A stretch of DNA of 60,812 nucleotides from Alphaproteobacteria bacterium (GTDB taxonomy: Bacteria; Pseudomonadota; Alphaproteobacteria; RF32; CAG-239): NCBI GenBank assembly GCA_045633945.1, contig JAZQZH010000010.1, positions 1 to 60,812 of the forward strand, read 5' to 3'. Within the stretch, counting starts at the first letter, position 1; every line of letters begins with the position of its first letter. Below are positions 43,388-53,814 of the stretch, piece after piece. Under the pieces are notes generated by a model that worked only from the letters and a program-made list of their open reading frames with translations, was not told where the DNA came from and did no database searches. Position numbers and translations under genes: made by a program.

Positions 43388-44059
43388 TTATCCTTTAAGA
43401 TATGGGTTATAACGTTTTTCTTCTTCTAGTGTTGCTGGAGAGAGTTTTCCCTCTTCTCTTTGATACATTTTTTTTAAATAAGTATCAAAATTTGGCTTAT
43501 TTAATAGTGATATATCGATAGAGGCTCTTGTATATTCGTGGCCGGGGAAAATGTTTGTATTATTGGGGAGAGTTTTTATTTTTTCGAGTGTGGATTTCAT
43601 TTCAGAGATAGTACCTTCAAACAAACCTCCAATACATAGATTGAAAAGAACATCTCCTGTAAATAAAGCATTTTCTGACTTTATGTAATACATCATGTGT
43701 CCATTTGTATGTCCTTTAGCAGATATGGGTGTTATTTCTATATTTTCTAAGGTTATTGTTTTGTTGTCTTCTGCTTTTATATCTGCACCAGGTACTTTTT
43801 CAAACTCATCAATAGGGGCTATTATTTTTAGGTTATATTTTTCTTTTAGGTTAAGGTTTCCTTCTACATGATCAAAATGATGATGAGTAGATAAAATATA
43901 GATTGGAGTTAGGTTTAGTTTTGTTAAAACAGATAAGATGGGATTTGTTTCAGCGGCATCTATAATGATGACGTTGTTGCTATTTTGGGGTTTTATAATG
44001 TAGGTATAATTTGCCATATTTTTTTCATTACATAATATAGGTATAATCTCTATACTCAT
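43388..44059 (-). CDS. gloB: Hydroxyacylglutathione hydrolase (glyoxalase II)
   Basis: THHHFDH, GHTNGH, FTGDVLF, PGHEYT, EKRYNPYL. Confidence 0.88.
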   Translation of the reverse strand: MSIEIIPILCNEKNMANYTYIIKPQNSNNVIIIDAAETNPILSVLTKLNLTPIYILSTHHHFDHVEGNLNLKEKYNLKIIAPIDEFEKVPGADIKAEDNKTITLENIEITPISAKGHTNGHMMYYIKSENALFTGDVLFNLCIGGLFEGTISEMKSTLEKIKTLPNNTNIFPGHEYTRASIDISLLNKPNFDTYLKKMYQREEGKLSPATLEEEKRYNPYLKG

Positions 44060-44964
44060 TGTGTTTGCCTTTCTCTTTTTAAGTGACCTATATCAAGAGC
44101 AAATAAATCATAAAATGCGGTGGTATAATCAAGTATTCCTACAAAATTTGGTAAATTTGAGGAGTTTGATAGTGAATATGCGATGTTTTCTCCTAAGATT
44201 GCACCAATTCGTTCTACCATACCGTCTCTTGCGGACCAAGCATGTTCGTAATTTATGTTAGAGTTGAATGTTAGAGCAAAGCTTCTCATTGACTCAATTA
44301 GGCTATCAAAAATTTTGAAACGGTAGCCGTCGTCTTTATTTTCTAGTGGCTCTAGGCCTTCATTTGTGAACCAAATTTTTTCTTTATATAATGAGTTAGC
44401 TAATTTTGCAGGCCTTGAAAAGCCCCAGTTGCTTTCCATAGCTGCGGCCGCTATGAAAATAGATGGTGGTATAATATTTATTCGACGTTTGAGGTTTTGA
44501 AATTGAAGTTCTATTTTGGTGTTATCTTTTTCTCTTGTAAAGTAATCGTATTTTATTGCAAAGTTTTCAAGTTTTTCAATTTCATAAGGGGATAGAGTTT
44601 TATTTTTAATGAAAGATTTTTCTAATCTTAGTAAAGCATTTCGTTCATTAGTGATTTCCTCGTTTATTTTTAGAGCTAGAGGGGTTAGTATTCGAATGAA
44701 TAATTCATTACGATATTTTTGTGAACTTATTTCTTGAAAATCAATTGGTAATGTTTTTACAAAAATTGCAGGATATGCGTTGTCATCTAATGCTCTAAAT
44801 CTTTTATATTTGTATTTTGTGTAAACGGCTTCTAATTCTTCAACAGTTGCATCTTCTATGTATGTTATTCCACCGTATTGTTTTATTTTTATTTCGGCAT
44901 TTGATGCAGACGAAAAAAGTAAAGTAACTATTGCAAAAAAAGAGCTGAGTAATCTTTTTATCAT
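44056..44964 (-). CDS. Bax-like glucosaminidase-domain exported protein
   Basis: Signal peptide, IIPPSI.IA.AAMESNWG.SR, F.SL.ES...Y..N.N; start at 44964. Confidence 0.7.
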   Translation of the reverse strand: MIKRLLSSFFAIVTLLFSSASNAEIKIKQYGGITYIEDATVEELEAVYTKYKYKRFRALDDNAYPAIFVKTLPIDFQEISSQKYRNELFIRILTPLALKINEEITNERNALLRLEKSFIKNKTLSPYEIEKLENFAIKYDYFTREKDNTKIELQFQNLKRRINIIPPSIFIAAAAMESNWGFSRPAKLANSLYKEKIWFTNEGLEPLENKDDGYRFKIFDSLIESMRSFALTFNSNINYEHAWSARDGMVERIGAILGENIAYSLSNSSNLPNFVGILDYTTAFYDLFALDIGHLKRERQTQ

Positions 44965-45467
44965 ACTAATATAACCTCTCGTATTTTGGGGATATATCGT
45001 ATTAAATTTTTTTCGACACGTTCTTTTAGTGTACGTGTTGCATATGGACAACCGTGACATTTTCCTAAAAATTTAACAGAAACAATATTGTTACTAAATG
45101 ATATATATTCAATATCTCCACCATCACGGTTAAGGTATGGTGCTATAATAATTTTTAATATTAATTTTATTTTTTCTTCAATATTTTCTTCGCTTCCTGT
45201 TATATTTTGTTTGGTATTATAAAAATCGTCTATTTCTGCGATAGCAATTGATGTTAAATCATTTGAAGTTTCATTGTTATTGCTTTTTAAGTATATAAAA
45301 TCGGATGTGAGCAAAAACTCTATTGCAAGATTGGTTTCTTTGATATTTTTTGCCACTTCAGGCAGATTTAATGTATCGTTATTATGAATGGTGCCAATAA
45401 TAGATAATGGATTTGTGAAAAAAAGCACACTCTCTGTTAAAGAGAGTTTTTTTTGTTCTATCATCAT
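44961..45467 (-). CDS. NifU/Nfu-family Fe-S scaffold protein
   Basis: IAPYLNRDGGDI, GKCHGCP. Confidence 0.88.
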   Translation of the reverse strand: MMIEQKKLSLTESVLFFTNPLSIIGTIHNNDTLNLPEVAKNIKETNLAIEFLLTSDFIYLKSNNNETSNDLTSIAIAEIDDFYNTKQNITGSEENIEEKIKLILKIIIAPYLNRDGGDIEYISFSNNIVSVKFLGKCHGCPYATRTLKERVEKNLIRYIPKIREVILV

Positions 45468-46510
45468 AGTTTTTGATCCTTTGTTTTTTTTATATGATTT
45501 ATTATCTCGTATAGTTTATTTTGAGTTCTTGAGATATAATTTGATAGGTAAATTAAGTGATTTGCTGAATATGCACTCTCTAAAGGTGCATTTTTAACTA
45601 TTATAGGGTTTAAGTTTATAGCATTTTTTAGTAGCATTAGAGCCGTTGTATATGTTTCATATGCTTCTGTTTCTACGATAAGATCTTGATAGTCTTTACC
45701 AAGTCCTGATAAATAATAGTGAGTTGTATATAATAACCCTTGAGTGTAGTAAAACAGGTTGTCTGCAGATGTATCAACAAGGTTTGAGCTGTTTTCTAAT
45801 GTGTGTTTATTTATTTTATTTATATTAGTCTCTAATAGTTTGTTGATGGAGTTAATTTGATATATGAAATCATCAAGGCTAAGCGGATGTTGAGTATTTT
45901 GTTTTTTTGAAAAATCAGATAAAAAGCCAAGAGATTTACGGTATTGTTTGGCAGATCCGGGTAAAAGCTTATCGTTTTTGTCTTGTGAAAATAGCCAAAT
46001 ATTTGGGGAGTAATTAAGTAATTTGCCTGCGTCTTTTAATGATTGGTTGAGATATAGGGCAGACATGTTTTTTATATAGTGTTTAACACTATCTTTTACG
46101 CCAAGTTGAAAGTTAGGTAAGTTATCTAATATTGATGCTGGAAATATTATTGGTAGAGAAGGAGTCCATGGAGTATCATCTATTTGTGATTTTAGTGAGT
46201 GTATCAAACCGATAGTTGCGTGTCTTTCATTTGCTGTTGATGGTTGTAAATTTTTGTTTAGTTGCTTGTTTATGTTTGAGCTAATGTGTGCTCCTAAACC
46301 ATAGTATAGAATTATAACCATAAACAAAAGAGCAGAGCTTGTTTTCCATTCTTTTATTGTAGATAAAAAAAGTGACTTTATGTTTTTGCGTTTTGTCTTT
46401 CTTTTCAAGAATGCTTTTAGATGTGCTTTATATTTTTTGCAATGCTTTAGAGCAATGTTTAAGTATATTTTAGATAAGTTTTTTAGATTTACTAAAAAAT
46501 TGTCTGTCAT
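45464..46510 (-). CDS. DUF2333-like protein
   Basis: LDNLPNFQLGV, W.F, ADNLFYY.QG, ANHL motifs; typical position downstream of murJ. Confidence 0.7.
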   Translation of the reverse strand: MTDNFLVNLKNLSKIYLNIALKHCKKYKAHLKAFLKRKTKRKNIKSLFLSTIKEWKTSSALLFMVIILYYGLGAHISSNINKQLNKNLQPSTANERHATIGLIHSLKSQIDDTPWTPSLPIIFPASILDNLPNFQLGVKDSVKHYIKNMSALYLNQSLKDAGKLLNYSPNIWLFSQDKNDKLLPGSAKQYRKSLGFLSDFSKKQNTQHPLSLDDFIYQINSINKLLETNINKINKHTLENSSNLVDTSADNLFYYTQGLLYTTHYYLSGLGKDYQDLIVETEAYETYTTALMLLKNAINLNPIIVKNAPLESAYSANHLIYLSNYISRTQNKLYEIINHIKKTKDQKL

Positions 46511-48078
46511 ACCTTTTTTCTCCGCGATAATATAGTTTGTATTATGGATTTTATATCCAAGATGCCTGTTATTTTAGCTAAAATCAAAAAAGTTGCAAGT
46601 CCTATTATGCCGATAATTGCTAATTTTAGGATTAATAGACTAATGGAGTTGTTAGGTATTAAATATTCTAGAATATATTTTAGTATAAAAATGGTCACTC
46701 CCATTACTAGTGTTGAGATAATCGTGTTTTTTATTTGTGAAATGATTTGTGGTCTTAATGTCCAATAATTTAGTTTTTTGAGACCGTTTATATATTGGAA
46801 TAAAGATACAAATGCAGCAATAGAAGTTGCAATAGCAATACCAACATGGCCAAATGGTTTCATGAGAATAAGATTAAATATTAGATTTGTTAAAAATACG
46901 ATAAAACTATATTTTACAGGAGTTGTTGTATCTCCTCTTGCAAAAAAGTTAGGCATTAGAGCTTTTACCATTACATATGCAGGAAGGCCTATTGCATATG
47001 CTTTTAAGGCTAAAGCAGTTTTAGCTGTATCAGAAGATGTGAAACGACCGTGTTCAAATAATAATGCAATTAGCGAATCGGATAAACAGATGAAAATAAT
47101 TGATGCAGGAAGAGACATAATAAGACCATAGAAAATAGCTTTATCTTGAATATCTTTTGCTTCTGTTATTTCGTTTGCTTTTAATTTTTTGGAAAGAAGT
47201 GGTAATAGGGCTACACTTATAGCGGCACCAATGACTCCTAGCGGGAGCTGTTGTAGCCGGTTTGCATAATATAGCCACGAAACAGCACCGCTTGATACTA
47301 GTGAAACGAGTATTGTATCAACAACCATGTTGATTTGATAAATTCCTGCTCCAACAACTCCAGGTGTTATACGCTTAAATAAGGTGTGTATTTCTTTATC
47401 TTTTATTGTTTTTATAAGTTCAAAAGTTGGTTTTATTTTTATGCCATCTTTATTTAGGAAATGTTTTAACCATAATACTTCTATTATTCCGGAAATTGTT
47501 ATCCCCCAAGCCATGCCATAAACTGGTATTTCTAAAAATAATACAGAAAAAAGACCAGAGATGATTATGCCTAAATTTAGTATAATTGGTGCGGTGGCTG
47601 GAGCTGCAAAGCGCTCAAAAGAGTTTAATATTCCTGCTTGAAAAGAAACAATAGATATGAATAACAAAAAAGGAAAAGTTATTCTGCATAAATCTATAGT
47701 TAGAGCTATTTTTTGGGGTTCATTTGCAAATCCTGGGGCTAAAACTTTTACAACGTTTGGCATAAATATTTCAAATAATAGGGTAAATATTATTAAAATT
47801 AATGTTAATAAAGAAATAGCGGATGCAGCAAATGTTATAGAATCTTTTTTACCAAAGCTTACCAGTTTTGATGAAAACAATGGGACAAATGCTGATGTAA
47901 ATGCTCCTTCTGCAAAGAGGCTTCTGAATAAATTTGGTAACTTGAATGATACTAAAAATGCGTCAGAGATTGCTCCTGCGCCTAGAAAGTTCGCTATAAT
48001 CATATCACGAATAAAACCTGTGATGCGACTTATCATTGTGAAGCCACCAAATGTGGCGATAGACTTAATAAATGACAT
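46507..48078 (-). CDS. murJ: Lipid II flippase MurJ
   Basis: SRITGFIRD, LPNLFR.LFAEGAF..AFVP, LYYANRL.QLPLG. Confidence 0.95.
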   Translation of the reverse strand: MSFIKSIATFGGFTMISRITGFIRDMIIANFLGAGAISDAFLVSFKLPNLFRSLFAEGAFTSAFVPLFSSKLVSFGKKDSITFAASAISLLTLILIIFTLLFEIFMPNVVKVLAPGFANEPQKIALTIDLCRITFPFLLFISIVSFQAGILNSFERFAAPATAPIILNLGIIISGLFSVLFLEIPVYGMAWGITISGIIEVLWLKHFLNKDGIKIKPTFELIKTIKDKEIHTLFKRITPGVVGAGIYQINMVVDTILVSLVSSGAVSWLYYANRLQQLPLGVIGAAISVALLPLLSKKLKANEITEAKDIQDKAIFYGLIMSLPASIIFICLSDSLIALLFEHGRFTSSDTAKTALALKAYAIGLPAYVMVKALMPNFFARGDTTTPVKYSFIVFLTNLIFNLILMKPFGHVGIAIATSIAAFVSLFQYINGLKKLNYWTLRPQIISQIKNTIISTLVMGVTIFILKYILEYLIPNNSISLLILKLAIIGIIGLATFLILAKITGILDIKSIIQTILSRRKKV

Positions 48079-48207
48079 TTGTTTTCCTTGTTTAATAACG
48101 TACATTGGGTATTTTATTCTAAAATCTGTTAATAAAGGGCAAATAAATTGTGTTTTTTCATAAAAAAAGATAGAATGGAACAGTGATAAGTTATATGTGG
48201 GGGAAAC

Positions 48208-49176
48208 ATGAGCAAAAGCGTTAAAATTGGAGAGGCGTATCCTGATTTATCAATAATTGTATCTATGTATAATGAAGAAGAAAGTTTAGCTACTTTTTTT
48301 ACTGAAGTTAAGAAAGTTATGAAAAAACTATCTTCGTATAAATATGAAATTGTTTGTATTGATGATGGCTCAACTGATAAAACATTTGAGATGTTGGAAG
48401 CTTATGCTAAAAAAGATGATGCGATTAAAGTTGTTAAGTTTTCTCGTAATTTTGGTAAAGAATATGGGATGATGGCAGGACTTCGTTTTTGTAAAGGAAG
48501 AGCTGCTATTCCTATGGATGTAGATTTGCAAGATCCTCCAAATCTCATTATTGATTTTGTGAAAAAATGGGAAGAAGGGTATGATATGGTGTATGGTATC
48601 AGAAATGATCGAACCAGTGATACCTTTTTGAAAAGATGTACGGCAAAATTGTTTTATAAAGTTTATAATTTGATGACTAGATCTCCTATTCCTTATAATG
48701 CAGGGGATTATAGATTACTTGATAGAAAAATTATAGATGCAATTTTGAGCTTGAAAGAGCGAAATGTATTTATGAAAGGAATATTTGGTTGGACAGGGTT
48801 TAAGTCTTGCGGGGTTAAATATATAAGACAAAAGCGTTGTGCTGGTGTTAGTAAGTGGAATTATTGGAAGTTATGGAATTTTGCTCTTGATGGTATAACC
48901 GCTTCGACAACACTTCCTCTTAGAATTTGGACTTATATTGGTTCGCTTCTTTCTTTTACAGGGATGCTATATGCTTTATATATTATAGCAAAGACTATTA
49001 TTTATGGTGTTGATGTTCCTGGTTATGCGTCTTTGATGGTTTTTATTTTGTTGCTTGGTGGTATTCAGATGATTATTTTAGGAATATTAGGTGAATATAT
49101 TGGGCGCATTTTTATAGAAGTTAAAAATAGACCTCTTTATATAGTGGATAAGATGGTGAATATAGATGATGATTAA
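48208..49176 (+). CDS. GtrB/YfdH-like bactoprenol glucosyltransferase (GT2)
   Basis: YNEE, DDGSTD, SRNFGKE, DVDLQDPP, GDYRLLD, GEYIGRIF.EVK.RPLY. Confidence 0.93.
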   Translation: MSKSVKIGEAYPDLSIIVSMYNEEESLATFFTEVKKVMKKLSSYKYEIVCIDDGSTDKTFEMLEAYAKKDDAIKVVKFSRNFGKEYGMMAGLRFCKGRAAIPMDVDLQDPPNLIIDFVKKWEEGYDMVYGIRNDRTSDTFLKRCTAKLFYKVYNLMTRSPIPYNAGDYRLLDRKIIDAILSLKERNVFMKGIFGWTGFKSCGVKYIRQKRCAGVSKWNYWKLWNFALDGITASTTLPLRIWTYIGSLLSFTGMLYALYIIAKTIIYGVDVPGYASLMVFILLLGGIQMIILGILGEYIGRIFIEVKNRPLYIVDKMVNIDDD

Positions 49177-50425
49177 GAGTTTGAAGGACTTTTTATCTAA
49201 AAAAATAGTTATATCGCTTTTATTTGGTATATCAAGTGGTCTACCTTTTGCTTTGGTTTTTGGCACACTATCCTTTTGGCTTAAAGACTATGATGTGGCA
49301 TATAGAACAATAGGTGCATTTTCTCTTATTCGTATTCCGTATTCCTTTAAGTGGGTGTGGGCGCCTGTTGTAGAAATTGTTGATATTCCATATTTGCGTA
49401 AAATAGGTAAAAGGCGTAGTTGGGCTGTGTTGTCACAATTGGGGTTGTTGTTTTGTGTGATTGGTATATCTTTTGGTAATCCGAGTTTTAGTATTATGTA
49501 TATGGCGGTGTTTGCATTGCTTATTAGTTTTTTTTCGGCAACACAGGATATTGTTTTAGATGCTTTTCGTGTAGAACTTTTTTCAGATGATGCTAAGAGC
49601 GAAGTTGATGGTGCAACAACATATGTGCTTGGATATAGATTAGGAAATATTATTTCTAGTGCTGGTGCAATTGGTTTGGCTTCTGTTTTTTCTTGGAATG
49701 TAGTATATTTCATTATGGGGTTGCTTTTTGTTTTTGGTATTTGTGCTGTTTTATGGGCTGTTGAACCAAAATATATTAAAAAAGAGAATAAGGGTAAGAA
49801 AATATGGAAGCGTACACTTTTTAGATCGTTGGTTTTATTTATGAAGAATAAATATTGGGTGCAATCTCTTTTGTTGGTTTTGATTTATAGACTTAGTGAT
49901 GCTTATTTTGTTCCGATGGCTTATCCTTTTTATGATGATATAGGGTTTAGCAAAGTGGAAATAGCATATGTATCGAAAATTTATGGTATGTTTGCTACTA
50001 TTTTAGGTGGTGTGCTTGGGGGGTATATTGTAAATAGAATAGGGATATTAAAAGGACTTATTTTATTTGGATTTTTGCAAGGTTTAACAACATTGTTGTA
50101 TGTTCCATTGTATTATATGGGTAATAACCTTAATTGGTTGATGTTTACGATTACACTTGAGAATCTTTCTTCTGGTATGGCTACAACTGTAATTATTGCA
50201 TTTATGTCTATGTTGTGTAACAAAGGATATACGGCAATTCAATATGCTATTCTTTCTTCTTTGCCTGGGTTTGCGCGGGACATTATTGCTTCAACATCTG
50301 GTCAGGTTTTGGAATTAACTTCTTGGCCTATATTTTTTGCGATTAGCGCTGCTTTGGCGATACCTGCTATTATAGTTAGTTGTTATTTGTATAAAAAGAA
50401 GCCTGATTTTTTATTAAAAACTTGA
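49166..50425 (+). CDS. ampG: Muropeptide permease AmpG (MFS)
   Basis: GISSGLP, FKWVWAP, GKRRSW, SATQDIVLDAFR, YTAIQYAILSS. Confidence 0.92.
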   Translation: MMIKSLKDFLSKKIVISLLFGISSGLPFALVFGTLSFWLKDYDVAYRTIGAFSLIRIPYSFKWVWAPVVEIVDIPYLRKIGKRRSWAVLSQLGLLFCVIGISFGNPSFSIMYMAVFALLISFFSATQDIVLDAFRVELFSDDAKSEVDGATTYVLGYRLGNIISSAGAIGLASVFSWNVVYFIMGLLFVFGICAVLWAVEPKYIKKENKGKKIWKRTLFRSLVLFMKNKYWVQSLLLVLIYRLSDAYFVPMAYPFYDDIGFSKVEIAYVSKIYGMFATILGGVLGGYIVNRIGILKGLILFGFLQGLTTLLYVPLYYMGNNLNWLMFTITLENLSSGMATTVIIAFMSMLCNKGYTAIQYAILSSLPGFARDIIASTSGQVLELTSWPIFFAISAALAIPAIIVSCYLYKKKPDFLLKT

Positions 50426-50480
50426 ATTTTTGCAATAAATAGAGTATAGTCTATGTTAGTTAATATTTAGAAGGTGTTTT

Positions 50481-51755
50481 ATGGACGATACAAAAGATAA
50501 TATTGATAAAAAGGATAGTATATCAGAGGTTGCTATTTCTTTTGCCCCCGTTGCTGTGGGTGTTGAAGAGGTGTCTGCTACCAAAACATCGGAGCGCCTT
50601 GAAAAGCTTCGCTCATATTATGCAGAGCTTGGCAATGTTCGTAAGGCAATGGAGGAAGATCTTGTTGCAACACTGAACGGTGAAGCAAAAGATGGTGAAA
50701 TTGAAGAAAAATTATATAATTTTAGTCATTCTTGGCGAGCTATTTCTGATGAAATAGAAAGATATGATAGTATTCATGGTCGCAGAAGAGGCGATTTTGA
50801 TGGCGAGTATCATGTTGGCGAAAATATGATGGGTGCTGATTATAGTGGTATGGATCTTTCTCGTTCAGATTTTTCTGCTGCAAATTTACAAGATGCAAAT
50901 TTTAGTGGCGCAAAACTTGTTGGGGTTGACTTTACGGGGGCAGATTTATCTGGTGCTGATTTATCAAATGCTGATTTAACAGATTCTATATTTGCTGGAG
51001 CTACTTTAAGGGGTGCCAATTTTACTGGTGCTAATATGGAAGGCGTTATTCTTCGTGACGCTGATATCGAAGATGCAATCTTAATTGATATTAAGATGGA
51101 TGAACTTGCTATAGAAGAGTTGCAGGCGTTGGTAGAGTATTTGGCTATTTATTATCCTCATAAATTAAATTTGCGTCGTATAAATTTGTCGCTATTGGAT
51201 TTGCGTAGAATTGATTTAAGACGTGTTAGTTTACGTGGAGTTGATTTTAGAGGAGTTAATTTTACAGGTGTTAATATTATGGAGCTTGATTTAAGTGAAT
51301 GTATTATTACGCCAGAGCAAATTGCACAAGCGTTGGGACGTGTTCCTAATGCGGAAGAATTAAGAAAAATTTTGGCGCCTAAAAAGAAGAAAAAAGCAAA
51401 GGGTTTTTATATTGATTTTTCTGAATTTTTGAGTAACGGTTACTTTACTGGCTGGATTGATTTAACTAAAAAAAGCATTAGTACAGATAAGATTGTTAGT
51501 GCGTTTTTGAAAACTAAAGAAGCTCTTGTTGGTAAAAAAGAAGAAAAGGATGAGGTTATTTTTGAAAAAGCAAAAGAATTTCATGCTAATAGATTAGAAG
51601 AAGAGCGTAAAGCATATAATGAAGAACAGAAGAAAAATATTGAAGAACGTAAGCAAAAAATGTTAAAAGAGCAGCAAGTTGAACAAGAAGTTCCTTCTTT
51701 GAAAAAAGAAAAATATACGCCAATTAAAGTTAATTTGGGTAATATAAGAGAATAA
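50481..51755 (+). CDS. Pentapeptide-repeat protein with charged termini
   Basis: Many A(D/N)(L/F)xx repeats plus a second Arg-rich (I/V)(D/N/S)LRR block. Confidence 0.9.
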   Translation: MDDTKDNIDKKDSISEVAISFAPVAVGVEEVSATKTSERLEKLRSYYAELGNVRKAMEEDLVATLNGEAKDGEIEEKLYNFSHSWRAISDEIERYDSIHGRRRGDFDGEYHVGENMMGADYSGMDLSRSDFSAANLQDANFSGAKLVGVDFTGADLSGADLSNADLTDSIFAGATLRGANFTGANMEGVILRDADIEDAILIDIKMDELAIEELQALVEYLAIYYPHKLNLRRINLSLLDLRRIDLRRVSLRGVDFRGVNFTGVNIMELDLSECIITPEQIAQALGRVPNAEELRKILAPKKKKKAKGFYIDFSEFLSNGYFTGWIDLTKKSISTDKIVSAFLKTKEALVGKKEEKDEVIFEKAKEFHANRLEEERKAYNEEQKKNIEERKQKMLKEQQVEQEVPSLKKEKYTPIKVNLGNIRE

Positions 51756-51786
51756 TTTGTTATAAATTAACTTAATTTAAATTAAG

Positions 51787-51818
51787 AGTAGACTATAAAA
51801 TTTATAGTCTACTTTTTT
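51787..51818 (+). terminator. Terminator
   Basis: agtagactataaa-a-tttatagtctact plus T tract. Confidence 0.7.
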
Positions 51819-52421
51819 ATGGAGAGGGAAATGTTTAGAGGTTTTTTATTTATATTTTTAGGTGTGATTTTTTCTTTTAATTTATATGCCGGCGAAATTA
51901 AAAAATTGCCAGTGCCAGATAAATCTTTAGAGATTATGAAGCTAATTGGTGATCGTAAATCATCTCGAGAATATAGTAATGAAGATATTAGCCTTCAGAC
52001 TTTAAGTGAGCTTTTATGGAGTGCTTTTGGTATTAATGAAAGAGGTACAAGAACTATTCCAACAGCAAAAAATGAACAAAATTTGAATGTTTATGTTGTT
52101 TATGAAAACTCTACTTGGAAGTATGATGCAAAAGAAAATATGCTTTTGAAAGTGAGTGATGAGGATATGATGCAATATATTGCTAAGCAAGATTTTGTAA
52201 AAAATGCGCCAGTTAATTTAATTTATACAGGAAGTGATAAGGATTATTCTCATTTTCATGCAGGTGCTGCAGCGGAAAATGTTCATTTATATGCAATTAG
52301 CAAGGGGTTAAATACTATTGTTAGAGGATATATTGATAAAGATGAATTGAAGAATAAGCTCCATTTGGATATGGAAGAGTTTGTAATTATCAATCAAGTT
52401 ATAGGATATCCTCGTGGCTAA
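51819..52421 (+). CDS. Nitroreductase-family protein with signal peptide
   Basis: RKSSREY, LSELLW.AFGIN, RTIPTA.N.Q, ENVHLYA.S.GL. Confidence 0.88.
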   Translation: MEREMFRGFLFIFLGVIFSFNLYAGEIKKLPVPDKSLEIMKLIGDRKSSREYSNEDISLQTLSELLWSAFGINERGTRTIPTAKNEQNLNVYVVYENSTWKYDAKENMLLKVSDEDMMQYIAKQDFVKNAPVNLIYTGSDKDYSHFHAGAAAENVHLYAISKGLNTIVRGYIDKDELKNKLHLDMEEFVIINQVIGYPRG

Positions 52422-52488
52422 TTAAACTTTTATCAAATTAAAAAAATACTTGATAAAATATTTTTTTAGTTATAGCTTTCTTGGTGTT

Positions 52489-52579
<91 letters not shown>

Positions 52580-52586
52580 TTTTTTT

Positions 52587-52608
52587 AGAGGCTTTTAGCC
52601 TCTTTTTT
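52587..52608 (+). terminator. tRNA terminator
   Basis: agaggc-tttta-gcctct plus T tract. Confidence 0.75.
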
Positions 52609-52614
52609 ATATTT

Positions 52615-52893
52615 AAAAAAAGAAACCTCCCTGATATATTTGCTAACAAATATAGGGAGGAAGAAATGGTTTTCTTTTTTGCTCATTTGGTTGAGGAAAT
52701 GAGCGGTGGATTTTGATTACTCTCATCTATAAGCAAACAGACAGAGTGGCTTTGCTGCAATGTTTATGAGTCTGTTCAGAAAACTTATATTATATGGCAG
52801 CAGAAAAGTGGTCGAACAGAGCACTTAAAGTTATAGCAAATATCAAAATCGAATTTTTAATAATTAATTTATGACATAGTAGTAGATTGACTG
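52615..52893 (-). ncRNA. Candidate structured ncRNA, copy A
   Basis: TTGACA(52928-23)-N17-TACAAA promoter; cctccct/agggagg terminator with U tract; long-range stems; homologous core with copy B. Confidence 0.65.
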
Positions 52894-52971
52894 ATAGTGT
52901 TTGTAATGACAAAAAAATATTTTGTCAATAGTTTTTTATGAAAAAATTTAGCAAATAATTTGTTTTTATTT

Positions 52972-53214
52972 AAAAAAAGAACTCCCGCGGTATTTTGGTG
53001 AAATACAAGCGGGAGAAAGAATAAGGATTCTTTTGATACCTGATAGAGGAGTTTTTGGAGTGTTTACACTATGAACATTACATTAACCACAACATCTATG
53101 AGTCTATTTCCGAAAACATTACAATGCAGAAAAATGTAGTCAAATAGAGCGCTTAAATTTGTAGCAGAATTTTCCAAAAAATCACAATCAGGTAGGCATA
53201 GTAATAGTAGGTTG
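52972..53214 (-). ncRNA. Candidate structured ncRNA, copy B
   Basis: TTGACA(53248-43)-N16-TATAAA promoter; ctcccgc/gcgggag terminator with U tract; compensatory stem changes relative to copy A. Confidence 0.65.
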
Positions 53215-53325
53215 GTTATTTTTATAGAGAAAAAAATTTTTTTGTCAAGAGCCTTTTGTAAAAAAATAGCAAAAAACTTTTTTAAGTAATCTTTTGCTAT
53301 TTTATTTTTTTATATTTTTTTGAAT

Positions 53326-53814
53326 TTATTTACTGTCTGTATCGTTAGATTCAGAGCTAGTTTTGTTTTGTTGATATTTCTTTTTTATTTCAGATATTTT
53401 TTCTTTTAAATTTTCATTTGCTTTTTGTTCTACATGTTTTTGTTCTTCTTTGTTTTCAGTAGATGTTGCTGTCTTTTGTGTTTCTTTTGATTTTGTTGTT
53501 TTTACTTTAGATTTTGGAAGAGCTGAGTATGCATAAACAATTTCGCTTTCATCGCCTTCTTTTAGGCTTTCATCGTATTTTAATTCGCAAACATATAAAC
53601 ATTCTTGTTTAGAGATTTTTTTGATGTGTTCATTGTCTAAATCTTCAATTAATACAATATCAGTTGAATTTCTTGTTATTTTTATATATTTTTCATGTTT
53701 GTTTACAAAAAAGGTTGGAGTTTCCGGCGCTTCTTTGCCTTCATATAATAAAACTAAAATTTCACCTTTTTCGTTTTCTATTATATCGTATGTATTTAGA
53801 GATTTGTCTGACAT
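53326..53814 (-). CDS. Hypothetical protein with charged low-complexity C-terminus
   Basis: 162 aa ORF with AAGGA SD and a hairpin downstream (53263-53304). Confidence 0.7.
   Translation of the reverse strand: MSDKSLNTYDIIENEKGEILVLLYEGKEAPETPTFFVNKHEKYIKITRNSTDIVLIEDLDNEHIKKISKQECLYVCELKYDESLKEGDESEIVYAYSALPKSKVKTTKSKETQKTATSTENKEEQKHVEQKANENLKEKISEIKKKYQQNKTSSESNDTDSK

Noticed and set aside
52766-52828. Small + strand peptide MSLFRKLILYGSRKVVEQST inside ncRNA copy A
   Set aside because: The frame is not conserved in copy B (early stop), and promoters and terminators point to the minus strand
52762-52830. Hammerhead ribozyme (TATGAG followed by a stem)
   Set aside because: It lacks the CUGANGA and GAAA core
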